Source: an uncultured Gemmatimonadales bacterium (GTDB taxonomy: Bacteria; Gemmatimonadota; Gemmatimonadetes; Longimicrobiales; RSA9). From it: a stretch of DNA of 64,000 nt. Position numbers and translations under genes: made by a program. This document shows, piece by piece, positions 20,755 to 33,218 of this stretch. Each line of letters begins with the position of its first letter. Within the stretch, counting starts at the first letter, position 1. Location of the stretch: NCBI GenBank assembly GCA_963708135.1, contig OY970192.1:1760001-1824000 (forward strand), written 5' to 3'. The notes below the pieces were generated by a model that saw only the letters and a program-made list of their open reading frames with translations, did not search any database and had not been told where the DNA came from.

Positions 20755-22389
20755 TCACATGCGGGGCACGGCAGGGACTCGACACGCGAAGCTCGCCGCG
20801 AGGTTGCTGTCCCCATTGCCATCATAGAGGGCCGCCTCCGGATACGGGCAGATCGGACGCTTCCTGTCCGGTGCGCCACCACGGCCGTGATACGTGGCAA
20901 TCACCGACTCTGGCGCCACGTCGTGCTCCACCCAGTCCGCCAGTGCACCTTCCATATCAAACGTGGTCGGCGCGTCACCGCCACCGCAGTGGCTCATGCC
21001 GGGCACCATGAAGAGGCGATAGAACTGCTGCACGTCGGCCAGTGCGCCGGCGCGCGTCTGTCCAGCGGTCGAGTCGCGCGATACGACGCTATCGTAGTAG
21101 GCGATGCTGAACTCCGGAGAAACCATCGGATCACTCCAGCCGTGGTACTCGAGCAGTTTCCCGCCTCGAGCGCGGAAGGCGTGCAGATCGGGATCGATCG
21201 CGCTCAGGATTGGCGTGAGCCTCCGGTCGGCCGCCGCCCACACTTCGTGATCGCGCGCGTTCGCGAGGTCGAACGACCGCCAATCCCAGGTCGAATCGGC
21301 GAAGACCAGCCACTGGAAATCGGTGATCGGGAGGGCCAGCGGGCGGCCGGGAGTTGCCCACGCGATCCACCCGCGCTCACTGCCGGGCTCGAGGCCCGGT
21401 GCGATCCGGCGTCCGCTCGTCGGATCAATGACTCCGCCGTAGACGCGTCTGGCGGCTTCGAGCTGGCCGGCCGTGAGACAACGATCCGCGCGCGGCGTGG
21501 AGGCCGATCCGCATTGCAGCACGGCGGGATCGAAGTGGCACCGGCGAGGGTCCTCGAGCAGACCGTCTTCCACGCCATCGAGCCGATCGCAGGCTTTCAT
21601 CACCGCGTCGTGAATCACCCCGAGTGCTGATGGGAGCAGGTAGCGCGAGCTGTCACCCAGCGCCGCGATCGTGAGGCCGAGGGTCGACGTCACCAGCGGC
21701 ATCCAGTTGCTCGTCGGGGCTCCGGCGACAATGCCGTCGTAATCGGCGGGGAACCGCTGCGCCTCCGTGAGACCCTGATTTCCGCCGGTCGAGCAGCCGA
21801 TCCAGTACGCATGCTCCGGGGGCCTGCCGTAAAAGGCCTGCGTCACCGCCTTCGCGGCGATGGTCATCTCATGAACGGCGCGCGATCCGAAATCGATGAG
21901 GCGCTCGGGGTGGCCGTAGGCAAATCGCGCGCTGAAGCCATTGCCCTGATGTCCAGTGTTCGTCGACGCGACCGCGTACCCACGCCGCGCCTGGTCGGCC
22001 AGCGTCGCCGGCTCAGCCGCCGGAAATGGCGGTGCCAGGTACATGATCTCGCCCCCCCAGGCGCCGTTGCCCACCGCGGCGAACTTCCCGTTCCAGTTCT
22101 CTAACGGGAGCCACACCTCGAACCCGATGTGCGAATCGGAATTCTGGCGAATCTCTCCGGCGACGCGGCAGAGGGCCGGCAGGTTGCGGATCGTATCGCG
22201 TGATCCGGGAACGGCGAAGCTCCCGTGCACCGGTTCCGCCACTGTGATCGTTGTGTGCGCCAGGCGCAGGTCGCGGAGTCGCCCGCAATCCTTCGCGGTG
22301 CGCGGCGCCGGATGAGCCGCCGCGCCGGATACCGCGGCTGTAAGGACGGTGAGGACGAAGGCTGAGGGGGCGGCGTATCTCGGTCTCAT
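20755..22389 (-). CDS. Tannase/feruloyl esterase family alpha/beta hydrolase
   Basis: Signal peptide; GCSTGG nucleophile; HGWSD; PGMSHCGGG; RPICPYP. Confidence 0.93.
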   Translation of the reverse strand: MRPRYAAPSAFVLTVLTAAVSGAAAHPAPRTAKDCGRLRDLRLAHTTITVAEPVHGSFAVPGSRDTIRNLPALCRVAGEIRQNSDSHIGFEVWLPLENWNGKFAAVGNGAWGGEIMYLAPPFPAAEPATLADQARRGYAVASTNTGHQGNGFSARFAYGHPERLIDFGSRAVHEMTIAAKAVTQAFYGRPPEHAYWIGCSTGGNQGLTEAQRFPADYDGIVAGAPTSNWMPLVTSTLGLTIAALGDSSRYLLPSALGVIHDAVMKACDRLDGVEDGLLEDPRRCHFDPAVLQCGSASTPRADRCLTAGQLEAARRVYGGVIDPTSGRRIAPGLEPGSERGWIAWATPGRPLALPITDFQWLVFADSTWDWRSFDLANARDHEVWAAADRRLTPILSAIDPDLHAFRARGGKLLEYHGWSDPMVSPEFSIAYYDSVVSRDSTAGQTRAGALADVQQFYRLFMVPGMSHCGGGDAPTTFDMEGALADWVEHDVAPESVIATYHGRGGAPDRKRPICPYPEAALYDGNGDSNLAASFACRVPAVPRM

Positions 22390-22440
22390 GGGAGCGTTCC
22401 CTCGGTGCAATGGCGACGGCAACGAGTCCAGGACGTACAC

Positions 22441-24710
22441 TCATCGTCCTGCCGCATCGACGCGGGAGTCCACATGCGCGCGTATAGTGCGATGAGCATT
22501 GCCACGGCACAAGAAACGGCGCACCAGGCGAAACGCGACGTCGTCATCGTGCACAAGACGCCCGGATGCAGACCGGCGCCCAGGCCGCGGCTGGAACAGG
22601 CGGACGGCGTTCGCGGCCTGGGCGGCGTCGAGCTTCCGCAGCGCGCCGACGTCGTCGAGGATGAAGTCGCCGCGGCCGTAGGTCGAGATGACCAGGTCGT
22701 CGAAGCGCTTCTGGATGGTGAGCCAGTAGACGGGCGCGGGCGGCAGGTCGGCGCGGATCGAGGTCCAGTGCGCGCCGTCGTCCCAGGAGACGTAGACGCC
22801 GTTGTCGGTGCCGAGGTAGAGCACGCCCTTGCGCACGGGATCCTCGATCACGCAGTGCGCGGAGCTGTTGAAACCGTGCGGGATCGCGGCGGAGATCGCG
22901 CGCCACGAGCGGCCGTAGTCGGAGGTCCCGTAGACGTGGGCGGCGTAGTCGCCCATCTGCTCGCGGTTCACGGTGATGTAGGCGCCGCCCGCGTCGAAGC
23001 GCGAGGGCTCGATGTTCCAGATCGTGCCCATCGGCGCCAGGCCGTGGATGTTCTTCGTGACGTTCGTCCAGTGCGCGCCGCCGTCCTCCGTCACGCTGAC
23101 CTGGCCGTCGTTGGTGCCCGCCCAGATCACCCCCTCCTTCACGGGCGACTCGGCGAGCGAGTAGAGCGTCGAGGCGTCGTAGGTGTAGAGGTTGTCGTAG
23201 GTGATGCCCCCAGTGTCGCCCTGGTCCTTCGGGTCGTTCAGCGTCAGGTCCGGGCTGATAGTCTTCCACGTCTGCCCGCCGTCCGTGGTCTCGTGCACGT
23301 ACTGGCTCCCGACGTAGACGCGCTGGGGGTCGAAAGGCGAGATCTCGAGCGGGATCGTCCAGTGCCAGCGGTACTTCACGTCCCTGGGCGCCCAGCCGTC
23401 GGCGACGTCGGGCCAGACGCTGACGTCCCGCGACTGCCCGTCGCGCAGGTCGATGCGGCTGATCACGCCCTCGTAGCAGCCGGACCAGACGACGTCGGGG
23501 TTCTTCGGCTCCGGCGTCGCGAAGCCGCTCTCGCAGCCGCCGACCGCCTGGAAGTCGGCGGCGAGCATGCCGCCGCCGTAGCCGCCCGACTCGAGGTTGT
23601 TGCTCGGGCCGCGAAACGAGCTCGCGTCCTGGATGTTGCCGTAGACGTCGTACGGGATGCGGTCGTCCGTGCTGACGTGGTAGACCTGCGCAATGGGCAG
23701 CCGGATGTGCTCGAAGCTCCTGCTGCCGTCGAGGCTGATCGAGACGCCCGCGTCGTTGGCGACCATGACGCGGGCGGGGTTCGTCGGATCGATCCAGATG
23801 TCGTGGTCGTCGCCGCCGGCGGACGCGTAGCCGTCGGCGCCGGGGCGGACGAAGCTCTCGCCCGCATCACGCGAGACGACGTAGTTCGGGCTCAGGAAGT
23901 AGAGCCGGTCCGGGTCGGCGGTCGAGACGCCGAAGCGGACGTAGTAGGCGTCGCGCTGCATCATCATGTGGTCGTGGCTGACCAGCCGCCACGTCCCGCC
24001 GCCGTCGTCCGAGCGGTAGAACGACGGCTGCGTGTCCTGCACCAGCGCGTACATGCGGCTCGGGTCGCTGTGCGCGATGGCGACCGCGACCTTGCCGACC
24101 GGATGGTCCGCCGCAGGCATGCCGTGCCCGGCGGCCTTGTGCCACGTCTCGCCGCCATCGTGCGTGATGTAGACGCCGCCGCGCGGGCCGCCGCTGTCCA
24201 GGTTCCACGGGTGGACCAGGACGGGCCACATGCCGGCGATCAGCGTGTTCGGGTCGGTCGGGCTCATGGCCAGATCGGAGCAGCCGGTGCTGTCCCCGAC
24301 GGCGAGCACGTGCGTCCAGCTCCTGCCGCCGTCGGTCGTGCGATAGATGCCGCGCTCGGGCTGCGGCTTGAAGAGCTGGCCGAGCGCGCACACGAACACG
24401 CGCCGCGCGTCGTGCGGGTCGATCACGATGCGGCCGACGTGCCCCGTCGCCTCGAGCCCCACGTGCTGCCAGTGGGCGCCGCCATCCGTCGACGCGTAGA
24501 CGCCGTCGCCCATCGCGTAGAACGGCCGGATCAGGAACGTCTCGCCCGTGCCCGCCCACACCGTGTGCGGCTCCGACTCCAAGACCGCGAGCGCGCCGAT
24601 CGCCGCCACATCCTCGTGATCGAACACCGGCTTCCAGTCCACGCCGCCGTTCCCGGTCTTCCAGATGCCGCCCGAGGCCGCGCCGGCGAGCCCCGCGGGT
24701 CCGAGTGGCG
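22441..24710 (-). pseudogene. BNR/VPS10 (Asp-box) glycosyl hydrolase-like protein, truncated at both ends
   Basis: AGAASGGIWKT and many S/T-x-D-G-G-x-T/S-W Asp boxes; no signal peptide or valid start; homology appears to end near VRLFQPRP (about 22575). Confidence 0.8.
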
Positions 24711-25013
24711 AGTCCTGCGTCGGTCATCGGCCGTGTCTTCCGCGTTGAGGTTGACGGCGGCGGTCCGGACGCCCTGGCCCGGGCGGACGGAGCTGGCGCT
24801 GGGCTGTCACGGGTTTCGACGCAGCTTACGGCCCGGCGGGGAGGCGGGGCAATATCTTCGCGCACGGATGGAAGCGGAAGGAACAGCGCGACCGGCCCGA
24901 GTGCAGCCTCCGCACGATGGAGACGCCCACGCCGTCTTCCGCACTCGAGGCCGCGCCCGTCCGGTGTCCAGGCAGTCCGCGGCCCGGTCCGGAGCGTGCA
25001 CACGGGTGCCCCC

Positions 25014-26255
25014 GTGAGCGAGTTCCTGAGGGGGTCCCCGTGCCTGTGTGTGTTGACCTGCTTGACGCTCGCGCTCGCCGCGTGCGATGGCCGCCACCGA
25101 GCGCACGCGGACGGCGGCAGGGCGGCGAATCGTGCAGGAGGAGCCAGCGGGGCGACGGTGCCGCACGCGGCGAGCGGGGCCGCCCGCACGGGCGGGCGGG
25201 ACACGCCCGAAGTCCGGGGCGGCTGCGCCGGCTCCGGGGCAGGAGCGGCCCCCGTGCGCTGGCTTGACGCGGCGCCGCCCGCGGACCGGCCGAAGCTGGC
25301 GGCCTGGTGCTCGACGGTGGGGACTCCGGTCGTCATGGCGCCCGCGCCGGCGGCGCCGCCGCAGGGCGCGGCAGGCGCGCCGGGCCCCGACCCCGCCCGC
25401 CTGGACTCGCTCGTGCTGGTGAGCTGGAACGTGCACGTCGGCGGCGGGAGCCTGGAGGCGCTGCTGGGGGACCTGCGCGCGGGCAGGCTGACGGGCGGCG
25501 CGCCCCCGCCGGCGTTCGTGGTGCTCCTCCAGGAGGTGTACCGCGCGGGCGGGGACATCCCGCCACTGGCTGCGCGCGCCGTCACCTCGGTCCCGCACCG
25601 GATCGCCCCGCCCCCTCCCGCCGGCTTGCGGGAGGACGTGGTCGCCGTCGCCCGGCGCAACCACTTGTGGCTGCTCTACGTCCCTTCCATGCGCAACGGG
25701 CCCGGCGTGGCGGCGCCGCGCGAGGACCGGGGCGCCGCCATCCTGTCCACGCTGCCCCTCGAGGATCCCGCGGCCATGGAGCTGCCGTTGGAGACGCAGC
25801 GGCGGGTGCCGGTGCTGGCCAGCGTGGCCGGGGTGACTACGGGCGGCGTCGCCTGGAAGCTCCGGGTGGTGGCCGCGCACCTGGACCACAGGGCGCCCTT
25901 CAGCCGCATCCTGGAGAGCTTCGGGGCGGCGCGGCTGCAGCAGGCCCGGGTGCTGGCGGACGCGCTGCCGGACGACGAGCCGATCGCGCTCGGCGCGGAC
26001 CTCAACAGCTGGGCACCGGCGAGCCTGGAACGGGCGGTGCCGTTCCTGCGCCACCGCTTCCCCTCGGGCGACCCGGAGCCCGCGGGTTCGACCTTCACTC
26101 TCGCCGGGATCGGGCGCCGCCTGGACCATTTCTTTTTCCGCCTGCCGGCGGGGTGGCGCGCGCACGAGCGCATCGTCCCCGACCGCTACGGCTCCGACCA
26201 CAACCCGCTGGTGGCTGTGGTGCGCTTCGGGCCGCGCCGGGGCGCGCCGAGATGA
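25014..26255 (+). CDS. Endonuclease/exonuclease/phosphatase (EEP) family lipoprotein
   Basis: LALAAC lipobox; SWNVH, LLQEV, AHLD, GADLN, LDHFF, GSDHNP. Confidence 0.88.
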   Translation: MSEFLRGSPCLCVLTCLTLALAACDGRHRAHADGGRAANRAGGASGATVPHAASGAARTGGRDTPEVRGGCAGSGAGAAPVRWLDAAPPADRPKLAAWCSTVGTPVVMAPAPAAPPQGAAGAPGPDPARLDSLVLVSWNVHVGGGSLEALLGDLRAGRLTGGAPPPAFVVLLQEVYRAGGDIPPLAARAVTSVPHRIAPPPPAGLREDVVAVARRNHLWLLYVPSMRNGPGVAAPREDRGAAILSTLPLEDPAAMELPLETQRRVPVLASVAGVTTGGVAWKLRVVAAHLDHRAPFSRILESFGAARLQQARVLADALPDDEPIALGADLNSWAPASLERAVPFLRHRFPSGDPEPAGSTFTLAGIGRRLDHFFFRLPAGWRAHERIVPDRYGSDHNPLVAVVRFGPRRGAPR

Positions 26256-26310
26256 CCCTGCCTGCGCCCCGCGCGGAGCGGCATCGTTCCACGCGGAGAC
26301 GCAGGGGAGC

Positions 26311-27690
26311 TCAGAGCAGCGGCGCCAGCAGCCGGGAGGCCCGCTCCCGCAGGCGCGTGAACCAGGAACGCCGCTGGAACTCGGCCAGCCGGACCTCGTG
26401 GGCGTGGGCCAGGTCGGCCAGGAAGATGGAGTCGAGGGCGGCGGCGGTGCCGGGATCCTGGACGAGGAGCGTCGCCTCCTCGTTCAGCTTGAGGGAGCGC
26501 TCGTCGAAGTTGAGGGTGCCGACGGTGCTCCAGACGTCGTCCACGACCAGCGTCTTGGCGTGCATCATGGCTGGCATGTACTCGTAGATGTGCACGCCGG
26601 CGCGCAGCAGCTCCCCGTAGTAGGAGCGGGCGGCGTCACGCAGGATGGGCACGTCCATCCTGTCCCCGGGGGTCAGCACGCGCACGTCCACGCCCCGGCG
26701 CGCGGCCTGGGCCAGGGCGTTGCGCAGGCCAGCGCTCGGCAGGAAGTAGGGGTTGCTGATCCAGAGGCGCTTGCGGGCACCGTCGGCGGTGAGGGCGAGG
26801 AACCGCTCGGCGCCGGTCAGACCGACGGCCGGGGCCGAGTAGAGCACGCCGGCGATGGCGGGGCCGCCCACCGCGGCCGGCCAGGGGAAGAAGGGCTCGC
26901 CCGCCAGCACGCGCCCCGTCGCCTCGGCCCAGCCCACCGCGAACGCCGCTTGCAGCGTGGCCACGGCGGGTCCGGTGAAGCGCACGTTCGTGTCGCGCCA
27001 GGGTGGATCCTTATGCGACCCGGTCAGCCACTTGTCGTCGAAGCCCGCGCCGCCCAGCCAGCCCACACGCCCATCCACCAGCACCGCCCGCAGGTGCGAG
27101 CGATGCTGCGATCGGTGCAGCGTGTACCAGTGCAGCGGCCGGAACGGCGCCACCTCCACACCCGCGGAGTGGAGCGCGCGGAAGTAGTCGCGCCCCAGGC
27201 TCTTGCACCCGAAGCCGTCCCAGAGGAAGAGCACGCGTACGCCGGCCCGTGCCCGCTCCGTCAGCACCGCCCGCACCGAATCCGCCACGCGGCCCGGGCC
27301 GCAGTAGTACTGCTGCACGACCAGCGTGCGCCGCGCCGCGCGCATGTCCGCCCACAGGCGCGGAAACGTCGCCGCGCCGCTGGTGAAGATCTGGATGCCG
27401 TTCCCGGCAGTCAGCGGCGTGAACGTGAGGAACGACTCCAGCGCCTGGAAGCGCGCATCGCCCGGGGAGGAGGGTGTCGCGCTGCCGGGAGTGCCGGAGC
27501 CGGATTCCACGCGCATCGGCCGCGCGCTCGCGAACACGTCCTCCAGGTCGTGCCAGACGATGAGGCCGAGGTCGAGCCCCACGGCGGCCGCGATCGTCAG
27601 GAGCACACCGAGCGCGAGGTGTTTCATGCGACCATGGCCGTTCCGGCTCCCCCCGGGAGCGTGCCCGTCGTCCCTGCTCCCTGCGGTCAT
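26311..27690 (-). CDS. cls: Cardiolipin synthase (phospholipase D family)
   Basis: WRDT, SNPYF, HAKTLVVDD...GTLNFD; first HKD motif is the variant HLRAVLVD. Confidence 0.88.
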   Translation of the reverse strand: MTAGSRDDGHAPGGSRNGHGRMKHLALGVLLTIAAAVGLDLGLIVWHDLEDVFASARPMRVESGSGTPGSATPSSPGDARFQALESFLTFTPLTAGNGIQIFTSGAATFPRLWADMRAARRTLVVQQYYCGPGRVADSVRAVLTERARAGVRVLFLWDGFGCKSLGRDYFRALHSAGVEVAPFRPLHWYTLHRSQHRSHLRAVLVDGRVGWLGGAGFDDKWLTGSHKDPPWRDTNVRFTGPAVATLQAAFAVGWAEATGRVLAGEPFFPWPAAVGGPAIAGVLYSAPAVGLTGAERFLALTADGARKRLWISNPYFLPSAGLRNALAQAARRGVDVRVLTPGDRMDVPILRDAARSYYGELLRAGVHIYEYMPAMMHAKTLVVDDVWSTVGTLNFDERSLKLNEEATLLVQDPGTAAALDSIFLADLAHAHEVRLAEFQRRSWFTRLRERASRLLAPLL

Positions 27691-27914
27691 CTGCGCCCGA
27701 CCCTCTCGCCAGCGGTCACTCGGTGGCCCGGCACGGCTCGGCCCGGCCGGACACCATCCGCGAGCCCCCGGGCACCTCCCGTGCCACGCCGCTCCCCCCG
27801 ACCGCGCAGCGGCCATGGGATCGCGGGACCGGCCATCGCGAGGGACGATGGATCGCCTGCGCGCGCAGCACCGACGTCGCCCCCTCGATGCTGGCCGCGC
27901 GCTCGTGATTGGCG

Positions 27915-28240
27915 CGCCGACCGCCCCGGCACGCTGCGCGTCACCGCGAGCGCGGACGGGCTGCACCCGGCGGCGGTCACGATCCGCGTGGTGCCGGGGC
28001 ACCCCGTACCCGTGGTGCCGGCGGTCGGGCGCGAGCGATGAAGCGGCGCGAGTTCGTGCGCGGCGTGGCGGCGGCGGGCACGCTCACCGCGCTGGGCGGC
28101 GCGGACTGGCCAGCCGGCTGCGGGTCGTCGAGCTCGGCGTTCAGTACGTCCGCGCTTCCATCCCGCGTCAGGCGGCGCTCCACTCCCGTCTCGAGGTCCA
28201 CGACGACCAGGTCGCCCCCCCGTTGGTATAAGCCGATCCT
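27915..28240. pseudogene. Mosaic of three gene scraps: GH2-type C-terminus (+), Tat signal start (+), DPP IV N-terminal piece (-)
   Basis: RPGTLRVTASADGL...* overlaps MKRREFVRGVAAAG (ATGA at 28038); minus strand reads GGDLVVVDLETGVERRLTRDGSADVLNAELD. Confidence 0.6.
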
Positions 28241-28379
28241 TCGGCTGGACGATGCCGGTATTCGCAACAGATTTCAGGGGGTAGCCTCGCGTCGTCGGTC
28301 CGGCCGGCGCTACCGGAGCAAGCTTCTGTGCTCCGGTAGCCGACCGCCGCGCGTCAGCTCCTGTGCCGCGGGTTGGCGT

Positions 28380-28907
28380 TCACCGTGGGAAACGGATGGA
28401 GCCCTCGAAGGAGCCCGAGGACGGGCGATCCGGTGCGAGTCCAGCCTGCCGCAGGACGAAGCTACCCGTTGCCCCGGTGAAGCGACCCGTACCGCCGGTG
28501 ATGGTGAGGGTCTCCACGGAGCTGATGCTCTGGCCGTCTTCGCTCGGGGTACCCTCTGCGGTCCCCGCGGCGAAGAGCATGTCGCCATTGGCTGCGGTGA
28601 GGGTCGTGGTCTCGCTTCCGGCGAGCGTCGGGAGATCCGCGAACACGATGTCACTCACCCACGTGTACCTGCCGAGGTGGGTCGCGGCGCCGTCTCCGAC
28701 CAGATGGACGATCTCGATGTTGGTTGCGGGATCGTAAACGGCGGTGTGCGTTGTCGATAGCGTGCCGCGGAACGGCAGCGGCATGTCGCTCGCAGCCGCG
28801 GCCACAGCGGCCGCGCGGACGGCGGTAGGTGGCGCGGTGGGCAGTCTGTCGGTGCAGCCGACAGCGGCGATCACCACAAAGGTGAGCGGGATTGCAGGAG
28901 CGCGCAT
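28380..28907 (-). CDS. Hypothetical beta-rich lipoprotein
   Basis: RBS GGAGG; AAVGC lipobox; GAATHLG, TAANGD.L, ITGGTGRF.GA.G. Confidence 0.78.
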   Translation of the reverse strand: MRAPAIPLTFVVIAAVGCTDRLPTAPPTAVRAAAVAAAASDMPLPFRGTLSTTHTAVYDPATNIEIVHLVGDGAATHLGRYTWVSDIVFADLPTLAGSETTTLTAANGDMLFAAGTAEGTPSEDGQSISSVETLTITGGTGRFTGATGSFVLRQAGLAPDRPSSGSFEGSIRFPR

Positions 28908-29104
28908 TCGGGCCTCCGGGATCGAGGGGGTCGGTCGTGGGGCCGGCGCTACTTCATTGCCGGCCGGGGCGTCCCGGGCGTACTGTTCACTCTCCGGCGA
29001 GCTCCGCCGGCCGGGCCGTATCAGCAAACGCGCGAAAACCGGTCGAAGCACGCAAGGCGTATCCCCGCGGCCCGGCGGGAGCGGTGCATTTCTCTAGGGG
29101 CGAA

Positions 29105-29724
29105 ATGGCCTACGAGCCACACGCGTCCGCGGCTGACGAGGTGGAGAAGGAGATCGCCGCGGCACTCGGCGTGCTCCGCCGCGGCGCGCCCGAGGGGATG
29201 GAGCGGCTCATCCCTCTCGTCTACGCCGAGTTGCGGCGCGTCGCCCATCGGCTGCTCGGCGCGGAGCCCGCGGGTCATACGCTCTCGACGACCGGGCTCG
29301 TCCACGAGGCATATCTGCGCCTCGCCGACCAGAACCGCGTGGAGTGGGCGAACCGGGCACAGTTCTTCGGCCTCGCCGCGCGCGCAATGCGCCGCGTGCT
29401 CGTCGATTACGCCCGCCGACACCGCGCCGCCCGTCGTGGAGGAGCCGGCGCGCGCCCGGTGTCACTCGAAGAGGCCGAGGCCGCGTGTGGCGGCGACGTG
29501 CTCTCCGTCGCCTCTCGCAGTGACGAGCTGCTCGCGCTCGACGAGGCACTCGAGCGACTGGCGGGCATCGACCCGCGGCTCGCGCGTGTCGTCGAATGCC
29601 GCTTCTTCGCCGGCCTCACCGAGGCCGAGACGGCGGAGACGCTCGGCGTCTCGATCCGCACCGTCTCCGCCGACTGGACGATGGCGCGGGGCTGGCTGTA
29701 CCGAGAGCTGAGCACCGGCGAGTC

Positions 29725-29728
<4 letters not shown>
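29105..29728 (+). CDS. ECF sigma factor (TIGR02999-type, kinase-associated)
   Basis: LIPLVYAELRRVA...TLSTTGLVHEAYLRL...RRVLVDYAR...VVECRFFAGL...DW..AR.WL. Confidence 0.93.
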
Positions 29729-32544
<2,816 letters not shown>

Positions 32545-32546
32545 GA

Positions 32547-32662
32547 CTTCGCCCGCGTCCGCTGCGACGACTGCGCCGCCGAGCGCCTGGTGGCCTTCTC
32601 CCCGGGACCTCCCATCCATCCCGAGGCTGAAGCCGCCGGTGCCCTGCCACGTGAGCATGTCG
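32547..32662. pseudogene. Scrambled IS91-like transposase relic
   Basis: 32547-32601 matches 55246-55300 (52/55); 32622-32662 is the inverse of 55774-55814 (40/41). Confidence 0.88.
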
Positions 32663-32966
32663 CTGACACTGGCGGCCCTCGTGGCACTCGTGGGGTGTGG
32701 CGGGTCGGCGAGCGACACGAACGCCGGAACCCAGGACGCGGCGGCTCCCGCCGCGACTGCGGCCGTGGCGGCCGTGGACGCGTGCTCCTTGCGGATCCCG
32801 CACATGGCATCACCGCCGCCGTGGCAATGCTCGCTGTCCGGGTCGGCAAGCGCCAGCTAGGGCTTTCTCCGGTCGCCCTGCACATCGCGGGACCCGATGC
32901 ACCGGCCTTCACGGGCCTCCGGAAGCTTGCGGCCGAGGCGGTCGGCCGGCTTCGGGCCGCCGGCGG

Positions 32967-33134
32967 CTAGTGGACCGTATCTGAAGTTCGGTGAGCACCG
33001 AGCCGGCGGAGCGGGCGCGAAGCGCAAGGCGCGAGGAGGAAGGAATAGCAGCGCTATTTCGACGACGAGCAACGCGGCGGGTCGCGTCCGATCCGCCGGC
33101 GAATGCCATCGCTACTTCGGATACGGTCCACTAG
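32967..33134. mobile_element. MITE, 160 bp with 17-bp TIRs, flanked by CTAG
   Basis: CTAG-TGGACCGTATCTGAAGT ... ACTTCGGATACGGTCCA-CTAG (16/17 inverted match). Confidence 0.85.
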
Positions 33135-33143
33135 TTTCGCAAC

Positions 33144-33218
33144 TACGGTGACGTGATCCGTGCCAAGCTCGTGCTGCTCGCTGCCGACGGTCTTCAGAAC
33201 AAGGAGATCGAGGCGGAG
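33144..33218 (+). pseudogene. IS630-like transposase N-terminal HTH fragment
   Basis: YGDVIRAKLVLLAADGLQNKEI. Confidence 0.6.

Noticed and set aside
22405..25017. 870-aa plus-strand ORF and similar long antisense ORFs (e.g. 29890-32058, 44720-46579, 62283-63905)
   Set aside because: These are shadow frames of real genes in high-GC DNA and show no motifs.
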